Below, in pieces: positions 18,037 through 28,300 of a stretch of 51,118 nucleotides of DNA (positions within the stretch are counted from its first letter, which is position 1; each line of letters begins with the position of its first letter). Made by a program: the position numbers and the translations under genes. The stretch is from a virus. Its lineage: Duplodnaviria > Caudoviricetes. The notes under the pieces are model-generated. The model was not told the origin of the DNA and did not search any database. It saw only the letters and a list, made by a program, of their open reading frames with translations. Location: IMG/VR virus record IMGVR_UViG_3300009706_000001, positions 1 through 51,118 of that record. One strand, written 5' to 3'.

Positions 18037-18657
18037 ATGGCCCTAACTGTCCCATTTACCTTTAGTGCAGGCACGGATATTCTGTCTGCGCAGGTCAATT
18101 CAAATTTCGCCCAAGTCCTAAATGGCGTGGACAAACGTGGTGACGCGCTGACAGGCAATCTGACTGCTTCAGCGGGCGTCACGGTTGATGGTGTTGATAT
18201 CAGCGCCGTCGTAGGAGCAGGGGGAACTCTGCTCGCCGTCAATGGGGCTGCGGTGACTGCGTTAAACGGCACGGCTGTAGCCTCTGGGACGGTCGCTGTC
18301 GCTCGACTGGGCAGCGGAAGCCCAGGCAGTGGAAACTATCTCCGTGGTGATGGAGCCTGGACCGCGATTCCAGATACCATCACTTTTGTTGCCAGCGGCA
18401 GTGGCACGATCGCAGTCACGGCCAGTAATGGCGTCACGCAATTCATTAATTGCACCGGCACCAGCACCGTAAACCTGTTTGCGGCAAGCGGAAAAACCGG
18501 CTATACCGTGCATGTCAAACTCACATCGGCGAGCGCCACGGTGACCATCGATGGGAATGCCTCCGAAACGATTGATGGTGCCACGACACAGGCTTTTTCG
18601 CAACGTTATCAAACACTCAGTATGGTCTGCGACGGCAGCAACTGGCACATCATTTAA
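18037..18657 (+). CDS. Tail fibre protein
   Basis: FSAGTDILSAQVNSNF anchor, YLRGDGAW repeat, ETIDG..CDGSNWHII C-terminal domain. Confidence 0.75.
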   Translation: MALTVPFTFSAGTDILSAQVNSNFAQVLNGVDKRGDALTGNLTASAGVTVDGVDISAVVGAGGTLLAVNGAAVTALNGTAVASGTVAVARLGSGSPGSGNYLRGDGAWTAIPDTITFVASGSGTIAVTASNGVTQFINCTGTSTVNLFAASGKTGYTVHVKLTSASATVTIDGNASETIDGATTQAFSQRYQTLSMVCDGSNWHII

Positions 18658-18666
18658 GAGCCTTAT

Positions 18667-18972
18667 ATGAGTTACGCCCCAAGTACGATTCGGTCAGTTC
18701 AATATTCATCCGGTTCAGTAGCGGTTGCTGATGGGTTTGAAGGCACCAAAACAGTGACGTTTGGGACTACCCTCACGGATGCTGGCAAAGCCATCATGAT
18801 CCAGACGCGATTTGGCGGCAACACAAATGGTATGGAAGAAACAAATGAATTTAGTTTGGATGCAGGCTGGACCATTACCAATACAACCACAGCCTCAATC
18901 GTAGTTTCAACAAATCAAGACAATGGCGCAGGAAGTATCAAATATAGCTTTTATGTCTTGGAGTATTACTAA
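18667..18972 (+). CDS. Fibre-tip/lectin-like protein
   Basis: IRSVQY..FYVLEYY; resembles 8522-8935. Confidence 0.55.
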   Translation: MSYAPSTIRSVQYSSGSVAVADGFEGTKTVTFGTTLTDAGKAIMIQTRFGGNTNGMEETNEFSLDAGWTITNTTTASIVVSTNQDNGAGSIKYSFYVLEYY

Positions 18973-19163
18973 TGCACACCCTCTACTCCATAGAACTCGA
19001 TGACGCCGACGACGTGAACAAGGCATGCCGGTATCGATCAAATACGCCCCCGCAACTCCCAAGCGGCTATGTCGAAGTGGATGAAGACACATGGTATACC
19101 GCGCAAGCAGGAGCACATAAAAATGCAGATGGTTCGTTTACTTATCCACCAGATTCTGAATAG
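18972..19163 (+). CDS. Small fibre-assembly-like protein
   Basis: C-terminal DGSFTYPP. Confidence 0.55.
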   Translation: MHTLYSIELDDADDVNKACRYRSNTPPQLPSGYVEVDEDTWYTAQAGAHKNADGSFTYPPDSE

Positions 19164-19165
19164 TT

Positions 19166-19363
19166 ATGGAAATGTTATTGCTTGTGGCTATTGGGGTGCC
19201 AGCCGTGTCCGTCGTGATCTGGCTCGTGCGCTTAGAAGGTCGCGTGAACGTACACGAAGCGGTCTGTTCCGAACGCTACCGTAGATTAGATGAACGGCTG
19301 GAGCAAAATGCGGACAAGTTACATTCTATAGACGAAAAACTCGATCGTTTGATTGCTGGATAA
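19166..19363 (+). CDS. Holin-like membrane protein (one TM plus coiled coil)
   Basis: N-terminal hydrophobic helix; IDEKLDRLI tail. Confidence 0.6.
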   Translation: MEMLLLVAIGVPAVSVVIWLVRLEGRVNVHEAVCSERYRRLDERLEQNADKLHSIDEKLDRLIAG

Positions 19364-19637
19364 CGTGAATATCTTTCGGATCTATAAAATCTATAAAAAA
19401 GCAAGTAAATTGCTGTCGCTCTTTACAGCGGCATCTGCATCATACGAAAGGGCTGATAACGTGATCACAAAAAGTTTATTTCTCAGTAAGACCTTCTGGT
19501 TTAACGTCGTGACGGTATGTATTGAATTGAGTGGCGTACTTCCGATCCCAGCTGGGATTACGAGCATGATTGTGGGCATCGGGAATATTGCCTTGCGCAC
19601 AATTACCAATCAAGCGATCCACGTTGTGTCTGAGTAA
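19353..19637 (+). CDS. Putative holin
   Basis: KSLFLSKTFWFN motif plus two TM helices. Confidence 0.65.
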   Translation: MLDNVNIFRIYKIYKKASKLLSLFTAASASYERADNVITKSLFLSKTFWFNVVTVCIELSGVLPIPAGITSMIVGIGNIALRTITNQAIHVVSE

Positions 19638-19640
19638 CGC

Positions 19641-20123
19641 GTGGACTTGCGACTGGAACGTGAACCAACGATTCAGAATCGCACGTTTGGTCGACTGTAC
19701 ATCAATGAACGGTTTCATTGTTTTACGCTAGAAGATGCGATGCGACCTGTCAAGATTAAGCACGAGACAGCCATTCCCTATGGGCGGTATCTGGTGGAAG
19801 TGACCCATTCACCACGATTCAAACGACGCTTACCCATCTTACGAAAAGTCCCGAATTTTACGGGCATTCGCATCCACTCCGGCAACACCATTGCCGATAC
19901 CAGTGGGTGCATTCTTCCAGGATTCGGACGCACAGCAACCGGGGTCTCGCAATCCCGTCTCGCGTTTATCCCCTTACTCGCCGCCCTTGAAGAGGCACGC
20001 GGCCCACATTGGATTACAATATGCCCCCAGGACTCCAAGCCAACAATCTCTCCCCAATGGGTTTTGGACAACCCAATATGTCTCGTGCCGCCGACGCAGC
20101 CGGTGGACCCGGATACGGAATGA
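19641..20123 (+). CDS. DUF5675-family protein (putative endolysin, L,D-transpeptidase-like)
   Basis: TFGRL..FTLED..IPYGRY..GIRIHSGN..DTSGCILPG. Confidence 0.8.
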   Translation: MDLRLEREPTIQNRTFGRLYINERFHCFTLEDAMRPVKIKHETAIPYGRYLVEVTHSPRFKRRLPILRKVPNFTGIRIHSGNTIADTSGCILPGFGRTATGVSQSRLAFIPLLAALEEARGPHWITICPQDSKPTISPQWVLDNPICLVPPTQPVDPDTE

Positions 20124-20638
20124 TTGCACGTCCGGTGGCCCCTGGGCAGGAACCGGTGCCACAAGCGCCTCCAGGCGGCGCCGGGAAACCCAAAAAGAAA
20201 GCGCCAAAGGGTCCGTCGGCAATGGGCGTTCCCCCACTCTACATCTCTCCGATGGGGCAGGCGGCGAAAAATGCCCCGCCACCACCCCCTCCAAAAAATT
20301 TCCCCTCGCAGGTGCAGTATAACCATATTCAGAATGCCATTCTCGATCCTGGACCGCCACGTCCACCGATGATGGCCCCCCCACCGCCAGGGCCCCCGCC
20401 CATGATGGCTGGACCGCCGATGGGGCCCCCACCGATGGGGCCCCCTCCAGGGCCTCCTCCCATGGGATTACCGCCTGATCCGATGATGGCCGGAATGGCA
20501 CCACCACCACCACCCCTGCCCCCCATGGGCCCCATGCCATCGACGGAGATGATGCCCGGACCTATGGGCGCTCCGGGTGGTAATGACCCTGCCTCCGCCA
20601 TTGCGTGGATGCAACAGCAACTAGGAGGAAACGTCTAA
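20009..20638 (+). CDS. Pro/Gly/Met-rich disordered protein (internal virion candidate); start may be 20120
   Basis: poly-Pro tracts; alternative ATGA-coupled start at 20120. Confidence 0.7.
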   Translation: MDYNMPPGLQANNLSPMGFGQPNMSRAADAAGGPGYGMIARPVAPGQEPVPQAPPGGAGKPKKKAPKGPSAMGVPPLYISPMGQAAKNAPPPPPPKNFPSQVQYNHIQNAILDPGPPRPPMMAPPPPGPPPMMAGPPMGPPPMGPPPGPPPMGLPPDPMMAGMAPPPPPLPPMGPMPSTEMMPGPMGAPGGNDPASAIAWMQQQLGGNV

Positions 20639-21399
20639 TGTCACAAAGATACGACCCACGTACTGACGGATTAGGTCCGTATGGCCGACCGCAGGGCGAC
20701 CCGAACTACGGACAGTATTTGTCGAGAACCGACCAAGCACGGGAAATGTACGAACGCGCCATACGAGCGGAGAATCGCGCCAAGGGCCAGGGTGACCCCA
20801 ACTTTGCCTACGAATCCGCACCACCGCTTCAACCAATCACCGGTCCTATCTACGATGGCGGGCCATTCGATCCCAACACTGGACCCAGGCAAGACTTGCC
20901 ATCGCCCGGATCACCTCCTCTCAACGAAGACGGGATCTATGGTGGTCCGAATCCGTATATTTTTTATTCCGGTTTGGGAGCTGGGGGCGGCACAAACCGT
21001 GGGCTCGTTGACGAGACTCCCGTAGGCGGCGGGCAAATCACTCCTGAGCAGAAGAAGGCGATAAAAGCTCAATATTCGCAGTATGAAGCGCTCCGTGGGC
21101 AGGCCGAGCAGCAGAGACAAGCCTCTTTTGCAAATCTTCAGGGAGCAGCCCTTGGGAATGCTGGGACGATTGCTCCGTTCTCTCAGGGAGCAGCCCTTGG
21201 GAATGCTGCGTATCAGACGCCCATCCCGCAACAGCAGCCCCAGTATGATTGGGTTGGCCCCGCAATGGGCGCTGCTGCATCCACCGCACAAGGCACGAGA
21301 AAAAAGAAAGCGCCGAAGCGCGGGAAAAAGAATATTCAGCCACGGAATCAGGTCCAATCGGCCATCTTAGGCGGGGCCAGTCGGCTCTTTGGGAGATAA
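20638..21399 (+). CDS. Disordered internal virion/ejection protein candidate
   Basis: SD AGGAGG; G/P/Q-rich; internal QGAALGNA duplication. Confidence 0.7.
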   Translation: MSQRYDPRTDGLGPYGRPQGDPNYGQYLSRTDQAREMYERAIRAENRAKGQGDPNFAYESAPPLQPITGPIYDGGPFDPNTGPRQDLPSPGSPPLNEDGIYGGPNPYIFYSGLGAGGGTNRGLVDETPVGGGQITPEQKKAIKAQYSQYEALRGQAEQQRQASFANLQGAALGNAGTIAPFSQGAALGNAAYQTPIPQQQPQYDWVGPAMGAAASTAQGTRKKKAPKRGKKNIQPRNQVQSAILGGASRLFGR

Positions 21400-22411
21400 T
21401 TTCATGCCCACTGATGGATTTCAAGACGCGGAAAATGATGAGGGGTATTGGGCGTCTCTTGGCAAATCTGGCGACCGCGCACTCTTTGATAACACGGTAC
21501 AGAATCAGTATCAAACACAGCTGAATCGTGGTGCCGACCAAGCAGAACTTGACGACTGGTATAACCAGGGCGGCGAGCTGGGACACTGGGGAAATCTCCG
21601 AACAAACTTACAAGGACGTGCCACGAATACGCCCGGTGGCGCTCCTGAAGTTGGGGGTGGGGATGGTGGCGACGGTGGTGGCAACGGAGAGGCTGGCGGA
21701 GAGGGTGGCGGAGAGACTGCTAACGGTGCCTATCCAGGCTACCCCACACCCGAACGCTCGCAATTCTCGACGCCAGAACGGCCTTCGGCATATTACTCCA
21801 GCTATCAACCCCAGTATGCCGAACAGTTTACCGGTGTAGGCGAAGATCAGCGCAATCGGTTGATGAACGCCATTTTGGCGAAGCCTGAAACGATGGGCCA
21901 AGTTCAGCAGGACCAGCTCTTTGAGCAGCAGAAGGAACTCTTAAACGCCCAACGTGCACAGCAGGGTGCACAACTTGATCAAAATTTGTTGCGTGGCGGG
22001 ATGAGTGGCCTCGGGGGACGTGCGCGACAAGGGCTACAAAATAATAATAACGACTTCAATAGTCAACTTCTTGCGGGGCGACGTGATATTGCGGTTCAGG
22101 CGGCGCAGCAAAATCGTGCTGACACCACTGCCGCGTTGCAAATGCAAGAAGCTATTGCCCAAGGCGACTCAGGTCGGATGATGGCAATCTTTAGTGCCAA
22201 TAATCAAGTACGCGCACAGAACGAAAATTTCTTGCGGCAAGCCGCCTCCTTAACGCAGTCCGGGACGTTAGGTTGGAACGCGCAAAATCTAGCCGCCGAA
22301 CAAGCACGTCATAACGAAAACTTATCATATTATCAATTCCTGGAGAAGCAACGAGCAACGATCAATCAGGAATTCTTAAATCGAACTCGTCAACAAGCAG
22401 GGACGTATTAA
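21389..22411 (+). CDS. Gln-rich ejection protein candidate
   Basis: Q/N/G-rich helical composition in the ejection-gene position. Confidence 0.7.
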   Translation: MGDNFMPTDGFQDAENDEGYWASLGKSGDRALFDNTVQNQYQTQLNRGADQAELDDWYNQGGELGHWGNLRTNLQGRATNTPGGAPEVGGGDGGDGGGNGEAGGEGGGETANGAYPGYPTPERSQFSTPERPSAYYSSYQPQYAEQFTGVGEDQRNRLMNAILAKPETMGQVQQDQLFEQQKELLNAQRAQQGAQLDQNLLRGGMSGLGGRARQGLQNNNNDFNSQLLAGRRDIAVQAAQQNRADTTAALQMQEAIAQGDSGRMMAIFSANNQVRAQNENFLRQAASLTQSGTLGWNAQNLAAEQARHNENLSYYQFLEKQRATINQEFLNRTRQQAGTY

Positions 22412-22414
22412 ACC

Positions 22415-24448
22415 ATGGGGATAAAGGGTCAAGTAAAAGAATTTACGACGGACTGGACTGGCGAAGACTGGGCCGCGGCGACTAAAGCCGCATCTCAGCT
22501 CGTTGGTGGCGTCAGCGGTATGTTTGGGGGCGCCGCCCAACGCGAGGGCGATGCCGCGAGAGCACAGCAGAACGAGGAGAACGCCCTCTATCTCCGGAAG
22601 GTGCAAGACTACAATCGCCAAGCAAGTGCGCGGGCGAATTCGTTTAACTTCACCGGGGATCTTGCGCAGAACCAGGATATGCGCGCCACGGGATTGCTGG
22701 GCGCAATGCCCTTGGGGCAAGAGCAACGCTTTGTCCAGCAGCAAAAATTATTGGGAACCACGGGCGCAAACTATGCGAACGCGCCGTTACCCACGGCGTA
22801 TGGCGGCGTAATCAATCCTCTCGCAGGACTCGACCTCACCCCCTATGGAGACATGGCCACGTCCACGTCTATTGGGGAACGACGGAAAGCCCTCGCGAAT
22901 GTCGATCCGAATTTACAGTTTAACGCCATGAGTAACTATGGCCTTGGCGCAGGTGCAGCAGAGGCCGATCGGCAAGTCGCGGAGTTCGCACGATCTCGTG
23001 CGGCGGCTCGCACGGCACGCGAAGCATCCATGTCGGCGATGCTCGCGCAGCAAATGGATGCCGCGACGGCGTTGTCGCTACAACCCCCTCCCCCCGACCC
23101 GGCGGTTGAAGAGCAAAAAGGCACTCCCTGGTGGAGAAAGGCTATCAAAATAGCCTCCATCGCCGCCCCGTTTGCGTTAGCTCCCTTTACGGGTGGTTTA
23201 TCCCTCGCTGCGCAAGGCGCGATTGGAGCTGGCTTGGGAGTCCTCGGAAGCGCAGCCTCCGGGGGATCGAAACGGGATCATATCATGTCTGCCATACTCG
23301 GAGGAATCCCAGCGGGGGGCTTTGCCGGGGGTGCCAAAAATGTCGCAGGAAAAGTCGCTGGAGAATCTGCCATGTCGGCCATTCAGCGGAGCATTCTGAA
23401 TCCCAGAGCACTTGCCCCTATTGCCTCTGGGGGATTTAGCGGAGACGTGGGCAGTGCGCTGCGAGCAGGCTCACAGTTCCTGCCTGGGAACGCAGGCTAC
23501 CAGGGCGCTCCGGCGCCTACACCCTCCGGGCAAATCTTTGGTGATCCCACACAACCTTTTCACCCAAACTTCTCCCCTGGGACAATGGAGGGCAACCTCG
23601 CGAAGTTCTTGCCCAACCAAATAACGTCCGGGCCTTTTAGCCCTAGCGCGCAAGCCGCACGATACCAAGCCTTCACCCCCGCACAAATACAAGCCGTGGG
23701 GAGAGGGGAAGCCCCCACCGCACCAGTAGTGCAAGGGCCCGCAGCAGAAGTAGTGGCAGAGACCCCCGCAACAGCAGTGCAACAGGCTATTCGGCCCCCG
23801 GCGACGCCCAACCGTATTATCGCGAACTACGACCTCCCTCCAAATCAGCAGCGGATCTATGACCAAGCCCCCGCCAATAACCCGGCCTTCGGCTCGCCGC
23901 CTGGACATCAGGAATGGCTCAGTATGACACGGCCAGACATCGCGCAACTCGGGCAGGGGGTTGTGCCGAGAACATTTGGACACATAGGCGACTTTTATCA
24001 ACAGAAAGCCCAGGATCAAGCATCGGGAGCGGAAACCAGCCGACTTCAGCAATTTACGCCGGAAGACAATGCGCGCATTGGAAAATCCCTTCAGGTCGCT
24101 GGCGTGATAGCAGGCGCTGGAGCGGCAGCTGGTGTCACAGGAGCCTCTCTTCTCCACTTCACACCAGCCATGATAGCCGCAGCCAGAAATCTGACAACCC
24201 GTCGACTCGGGCAACCCGCTACAACTGGTCCTCTTGATTTGTCCCGTGGATTAGGCGAAGAAGGTCTGCGTATAGGTAAAGAAACTTTTCTGAAAGAATT
24301 CACCCAGAAGATTCTTCCACGATTTGCCGAATATCAGAAGATGTCTCAATCTGAGCTTAGTAAATTTATGTTGCAGTATTCGAATCGGCATAAATACGAG
24401 GAAGTAATGGAGATGATCCAGAAAGCGAGTTCGATGGGATGGCTGTAA
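22415..24448 (+). CDS. Ejection protein with Gly-zipper hydrophobic segments
   Basis: AAPFALAPFTGGLSLAAQGAIGAGLG membrane-insertion-like motif. Confidence 0.75.
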   Translation: MGIKGQVKEFTTDWTGEDWAAATKAASQLVGGVSGMFGGAAQREGDAARAQQNEENALYLRKVQDYNRQASARANSFNFTGDLAQNQDMRATGLLGAMPLGQEQRFVQQQKLLGTTGANYANAPLPTAYGGVINPLAGLDLTPYGDMATSTSIGERRKALANVDPNLQFNAMSNYGLGAGAAEADRQVAEFARSRAAARTAREASMSAMLAQQMDAATALSLQPPPPDPAVEEQKGTPWWRKAIKIASIAAPFALAPFTGGLSLAAQGAIGAGLGVLGSAASGGSKRDHIMSAILGGIPAGGFAGGAKNVAGKVAGESAMSAIQRSILNPRALAPIASGGFSGDVGSALRAGSQFLPGNAGYQGAPAPTPSGQIFGDPTQPFHPNFSPGTMEGNLAKFLPNQITSGPFSPSAQAARYQAFTPAQIQAVGRGEAPTAPVVQGPAAEVVAETPATAVQQAIRPPATPNRIIANYDLPPNQQRIYDQAPANNPAFGSPPGHQEWLSMTRPDIAQLGQGVVPRTFGHIGDFYQQKAQDQASGAETSRLQQFTPEDNARIGKSLQVAGVIAGAGAAAGVTGASLLHFTPAMIAAARNLTTRRLGQPATTGPLDLSRGLGEEGLRIGKETFLKEFTQKILPRFAEYQKMSQSELSKFMLQYSNRHKYEEVMEMIQKASSMGWL

Positions 24449-24494
24449 ATTACTTTAACAAACGTTATGATCTCGCGGGAATAAAGGATTAGTT

Positions 24495-25370
24495 ATGGCA
24501 TGGTACGACTACGTCGGTGGCGCAGCGCAGGGAATTGGCAGTGTTGCGGATGCCGTAACCGGAAGAATTCGACAGCGGCGTGCCGACAAATTTGAAGATG
24601 CCTCTGAGAACCGCCTGGAGGCGCAACTCGGGTTCTTACAAAACCAAGAGAGTCGGTTGGCAGCCGGAGAAGACGATCGGATTCTCGATCGCAGACGAGT
24701 GGATCGGGATAGATACCTGAGTAACTTGGCGTATGCGGAGGGTGGCCCCACAGGCTCTATTAATCTATCCCGTGAAGACGCTGCGCAGCTGAAATCACTG
24801 AGTTCCGGGCTCGAAGACTGGAACGAGGGCAGACTCACGCCAAGTCTTGACGATCCGACACAAATCTCTTACAAGTTTTCCCCATCGGAACTTGCCACAC
24901 GGGAAACAGGCTGGCAGTCGCAGCAGCTACAAGCCCGAAGGAAGGCGTTCGATGATACGTATTACGGGTGGCAAGCGGCTGGCCTCCCGATGCCCACCAT
25001 TAGCGATTCGGATCTATTCTTCAGGGAAGCAGCGGGAGTTGGCCTCACACCAGAAGAGGCATTGAACCAATTGCCCGAAGATCTACGGAATGATGTTGTA
25101 GAAGCCAGAGCCTTGGCAGAGGCGGCCCCAGAAACGCAAAGAGCGGTGATGAAGGACAAAGTGTCACGAGCCGCTGAGTTGATCTCTCTCCTGGACCTAA
25201 TTGGCCCACAGTCTGAGAATGACGAATATTTTGAACATGCCACGTATATTCGGAAGCAACTAGAGACGGCTATGCGCGAACTATACACCACGCAGGATAC
25301 TGGACCGCGCTGGGGCGATGAGGGCGCGCTCACCCCTGACATTGACTCCCGGTCTAGATTCGGATCGTAA
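24495..25370 (+). CDS. Internal virion protein candidate
   Basis: N-terminal GGAAQGIG; helical; context. Confidence 0.7.
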   Translation: MAWYDYVGGAAQGIGSVADAVTGRIRQRRADKFEDASENRLEAQLGFLQNQESRLAAGEDDRILDRRRVDRDRYLSNLAYAEGGPTGSINLSREDAAQLKSLSSGLEDWNEGRLTPSLDDPTQISYKFSPSELATRETGWQSQQLQARRKAFDDTYYGWQAAGLPMPTISDSDLFFREAAGVGLTPEEALNQLPEDLRNDVVEARALAEAAPETQRAVMKDKVSRAAELISLLDLIGPQSENDEYFEHATYIRKQLETAMRELYTTQDTGPRWGDEGALTPDIDSRSRFGS

Positions 25371-25372
25371 GG

Positions 25373-28300
25373 ATGAAAGAGTGGCAGTTTAGGCAAAAGT
25401 CCACGGGTCGTGTCGTTACGATCCGATCGGCGACTCGTCCGTCTAAGGAAGAGGTTCTCCGTGAGTTTGCCGCCCTCCCACCGATCGCAGACGCGCCACG
25501 AACGCAACAATCCAAATGGCGCACAAGCCCTCCAATGGCCAAACGTGCTTTTCTTGGCAATGTGGGTCGCGGGCTCATGGAAGCCGTGGGCCGTCCTGGA
25601 GAACTCGTTGCGGGCACGGTCGCAGGAGCGTTAGCAGACGAGAAAGATTGGGGACGTGGTCTCCGGGCGTTCACCGAAGGCAGTCTCGTGGATAGCCAAA
25701 TTCGCGAAGACTTTAACAAGGTCATGGAAGAGCATGGCATCCTCAAGGATAGCCCCAAATGGCGTGCCGCCGCCGGGTTTGCCGCCGATGTGGTCTCTGA
25801 TCCGTTGAACCTCTTTGGCGGAGCCGGTCTTCTCCGCCGAGGACTAGTCAAGGGCGCTGGTGCGGCCCTTGGGGCCAAGGCAGGTTCAGCCGTCGAAACA
25901 GCTATTGTCAAAGCCCCTCAGGCCCTCTGGAAAAAAGGCGTGGTCACCCCTGTCAAGGGAGTGGGAAATCTGGGGTTGTCAAAGCTTCCTGGGAACGTAG
26001 GCGCCTCCGCTCGGCGACGACGTGCGGTTGGCAAAAGTGGGAGAAGCCTGGAAACGGCGCAGCGCCTGTCAGAGTCTCGGAGGAAAGGCGACATTGCTAT
26101 TTCGAAACAAGACCTCGAAGTCAATCTGGTGGATAAATTCCGCCCCACCGAAGAGCAGTTACGGCTCGTGGGCTTGGCCATTCATGCACCACTGACCACC
26201 TCTGGCGCCAAGACACAGGCGCTGACCGCCGTGTTGGCCGACCCCAAGCTGTCGCAGATGTACGACTATGCGCGGAAAACATCAGCAGAATCCGCGGCTA
26301 CAGATGTTCTCCCTATTCGCAAAGTCTTTGCCGAAACCCCTGGAACTGCGCCAGCCGTGATCCCAGGGGCGGGGAGCATTCTGTCTCCAACGCAATCATT
26401 GAAAAGCCTTGGGGACGGCGACTGGGGGGCTATCCAAAAGAACCTCGACACGCTGGATGAGGCAGAATTTCCTGCACTCCAGCAGGCCCTTAAAGATGCG
26501 GTGGATGAATTTGGGTTTGTGCGGAATAAAGCCGCCCTCGTGGGGTTGTCGCCAAAGGCGCAGGCACTGGCAAACCAACTGATTAAATATTCTAGTACGA
26601 AGGGGGAGATCATCAACGGAGAACGCATCGGTACCGTTGCGGCTGACCTTGCTACGTTGAAGCTCTCAACAGCAGTGTCAAACGCGGGCGCCCGTAGCGT
26701 CCTCGCAGATGTGTCATCAGCGGTGCCCAATTATCTGCGCCGCACATCCACCCCCTCTGCGTTTACTCGTGCGCAGCCCTCGGTGTCCCCGTCGCAGCGC
26801 CCCATCGCTAGCACCTCTCGCCTCCGAAGTGAGCCCACGGAAAAATTTCTCGCCGAAGGCGGCGATACCAATGTGTATACGGCCATGGAATCCAGGTTGC
26901 GGGACACGGCCAGAGCCACGGAATCCCGTCGGTTGTCCGCGGAAGTGTTCCAGGATTTCGGCGAAGACGTAGCAAAAGTCCAGGGCAAAATTGACAAAAA
27001 CACATGGCGAACCATCGATCCACAGGCCTTGCGATATTTCCCCGATGATTTGAAACTATTGGCCGCAGGTCGAGCGTTGCCCAATGCAGCAGCAGACTTG
27101 ATCGAAGAACGACTTGTGCGGTATGCCGATCCTGCGGGCATGGAAGAAATATCACATTGGGCCTTGCGATTGTTCAAAACATTCGCCACGGCGCTCAATC
27201 TCCCCAGTCATCAGGCGATTAACTTTACCGGGAACATTGCGAATATGTATGCCCATGGCATGTCCCCACTCGATATTAGTGCGGGGTATGCTCGCGCCTT
27301 CAAGGATTTGCGTACCGCACGTAAAAACCTCTCTCAAGCGAAAGAGAAGACCGGGCTGATTAGCCGAACCGTGAAACCTGGGGGGAAGGCAAAATCCTAC
27401 GCAGACCTTGGCTTCTCGGATATGGAAGACGCCGTTCGGAGCGGCAGTATTGGCGAACTGACAGGGTTCGGGGGAGAGTTCACCTCTGGCCTTCGCTCAA
27501 CGGGAGTGCGTAAACCAAATCCCAAGGATCTCCGCTGGCAGGAAAACCCCTGGAGCCCGATCAACCCGGACGCCAGATTCTACGAAGCCGCACGGTCCAT
27601 TAATCAGAATTTTGTCGAAGACCCTGCCAAGTTAGCCATGTTTCGCTGGGCACGTAAGGGAGGGAAATCTGTCGACGACGCCTCGATGGATGTGAAAGCT
27701 GCCTTGTTTGACTACTCAGAGTTAACCAATTTTGAAAAACGCTTCATGCGGAATGTCATTCCGTTCTATACCTGGACCCGAAAAAACATCCCCCTCCAGT
27801 TAGCCAATGTTCTGGAGCGCCCAGGCCGTATTGCGAATCAAGGACGCCTGTTGTCCACAATCAACGAATTGGTCATTGCGGGAGAATCCGAAGATCCCCT
27901 CACGCATTATGCGACGCCCAAAAGTTTCAAAGGAGACAACACGATCAATCTTCCTGATATTGGGCAGGCCATTGACGATATCAACTTCGATAAAGATTTC
28001 CTCTCGTCAGACCTCTTCCAGAAGGGGCTCGTTCCGGCCAAAACTCAGATGGGCTCCCCCGTCGCCACCTCCGTGCGTTTGCCGTTCTTTGATACGGACT
28101 TACTCTCCGTTGGAAGCCCGAAGGAGCTGACACGTGACTGGGCCTTCATGCTCAACCCTGCGATTCGAGGACCGTTGGAATTTCTCAACAATAAAAGATT
28201 CGGATCTCCTGATCTTCCAAGTTCTGAAATCCGAAGCGACCGTGCGGTCAACGCAAGCACGCTCGGGCGTCTGGCGCAAAGCGTTGGACTCGGTAAAGGG

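Noticed and set aside
21138-21208. 26-bp direct repeat as a DGR or mobile-element trace
   Set aside because: In-frame coding duplication (QGAALGNA); no reverse transcriptase and no adenine-specific variation
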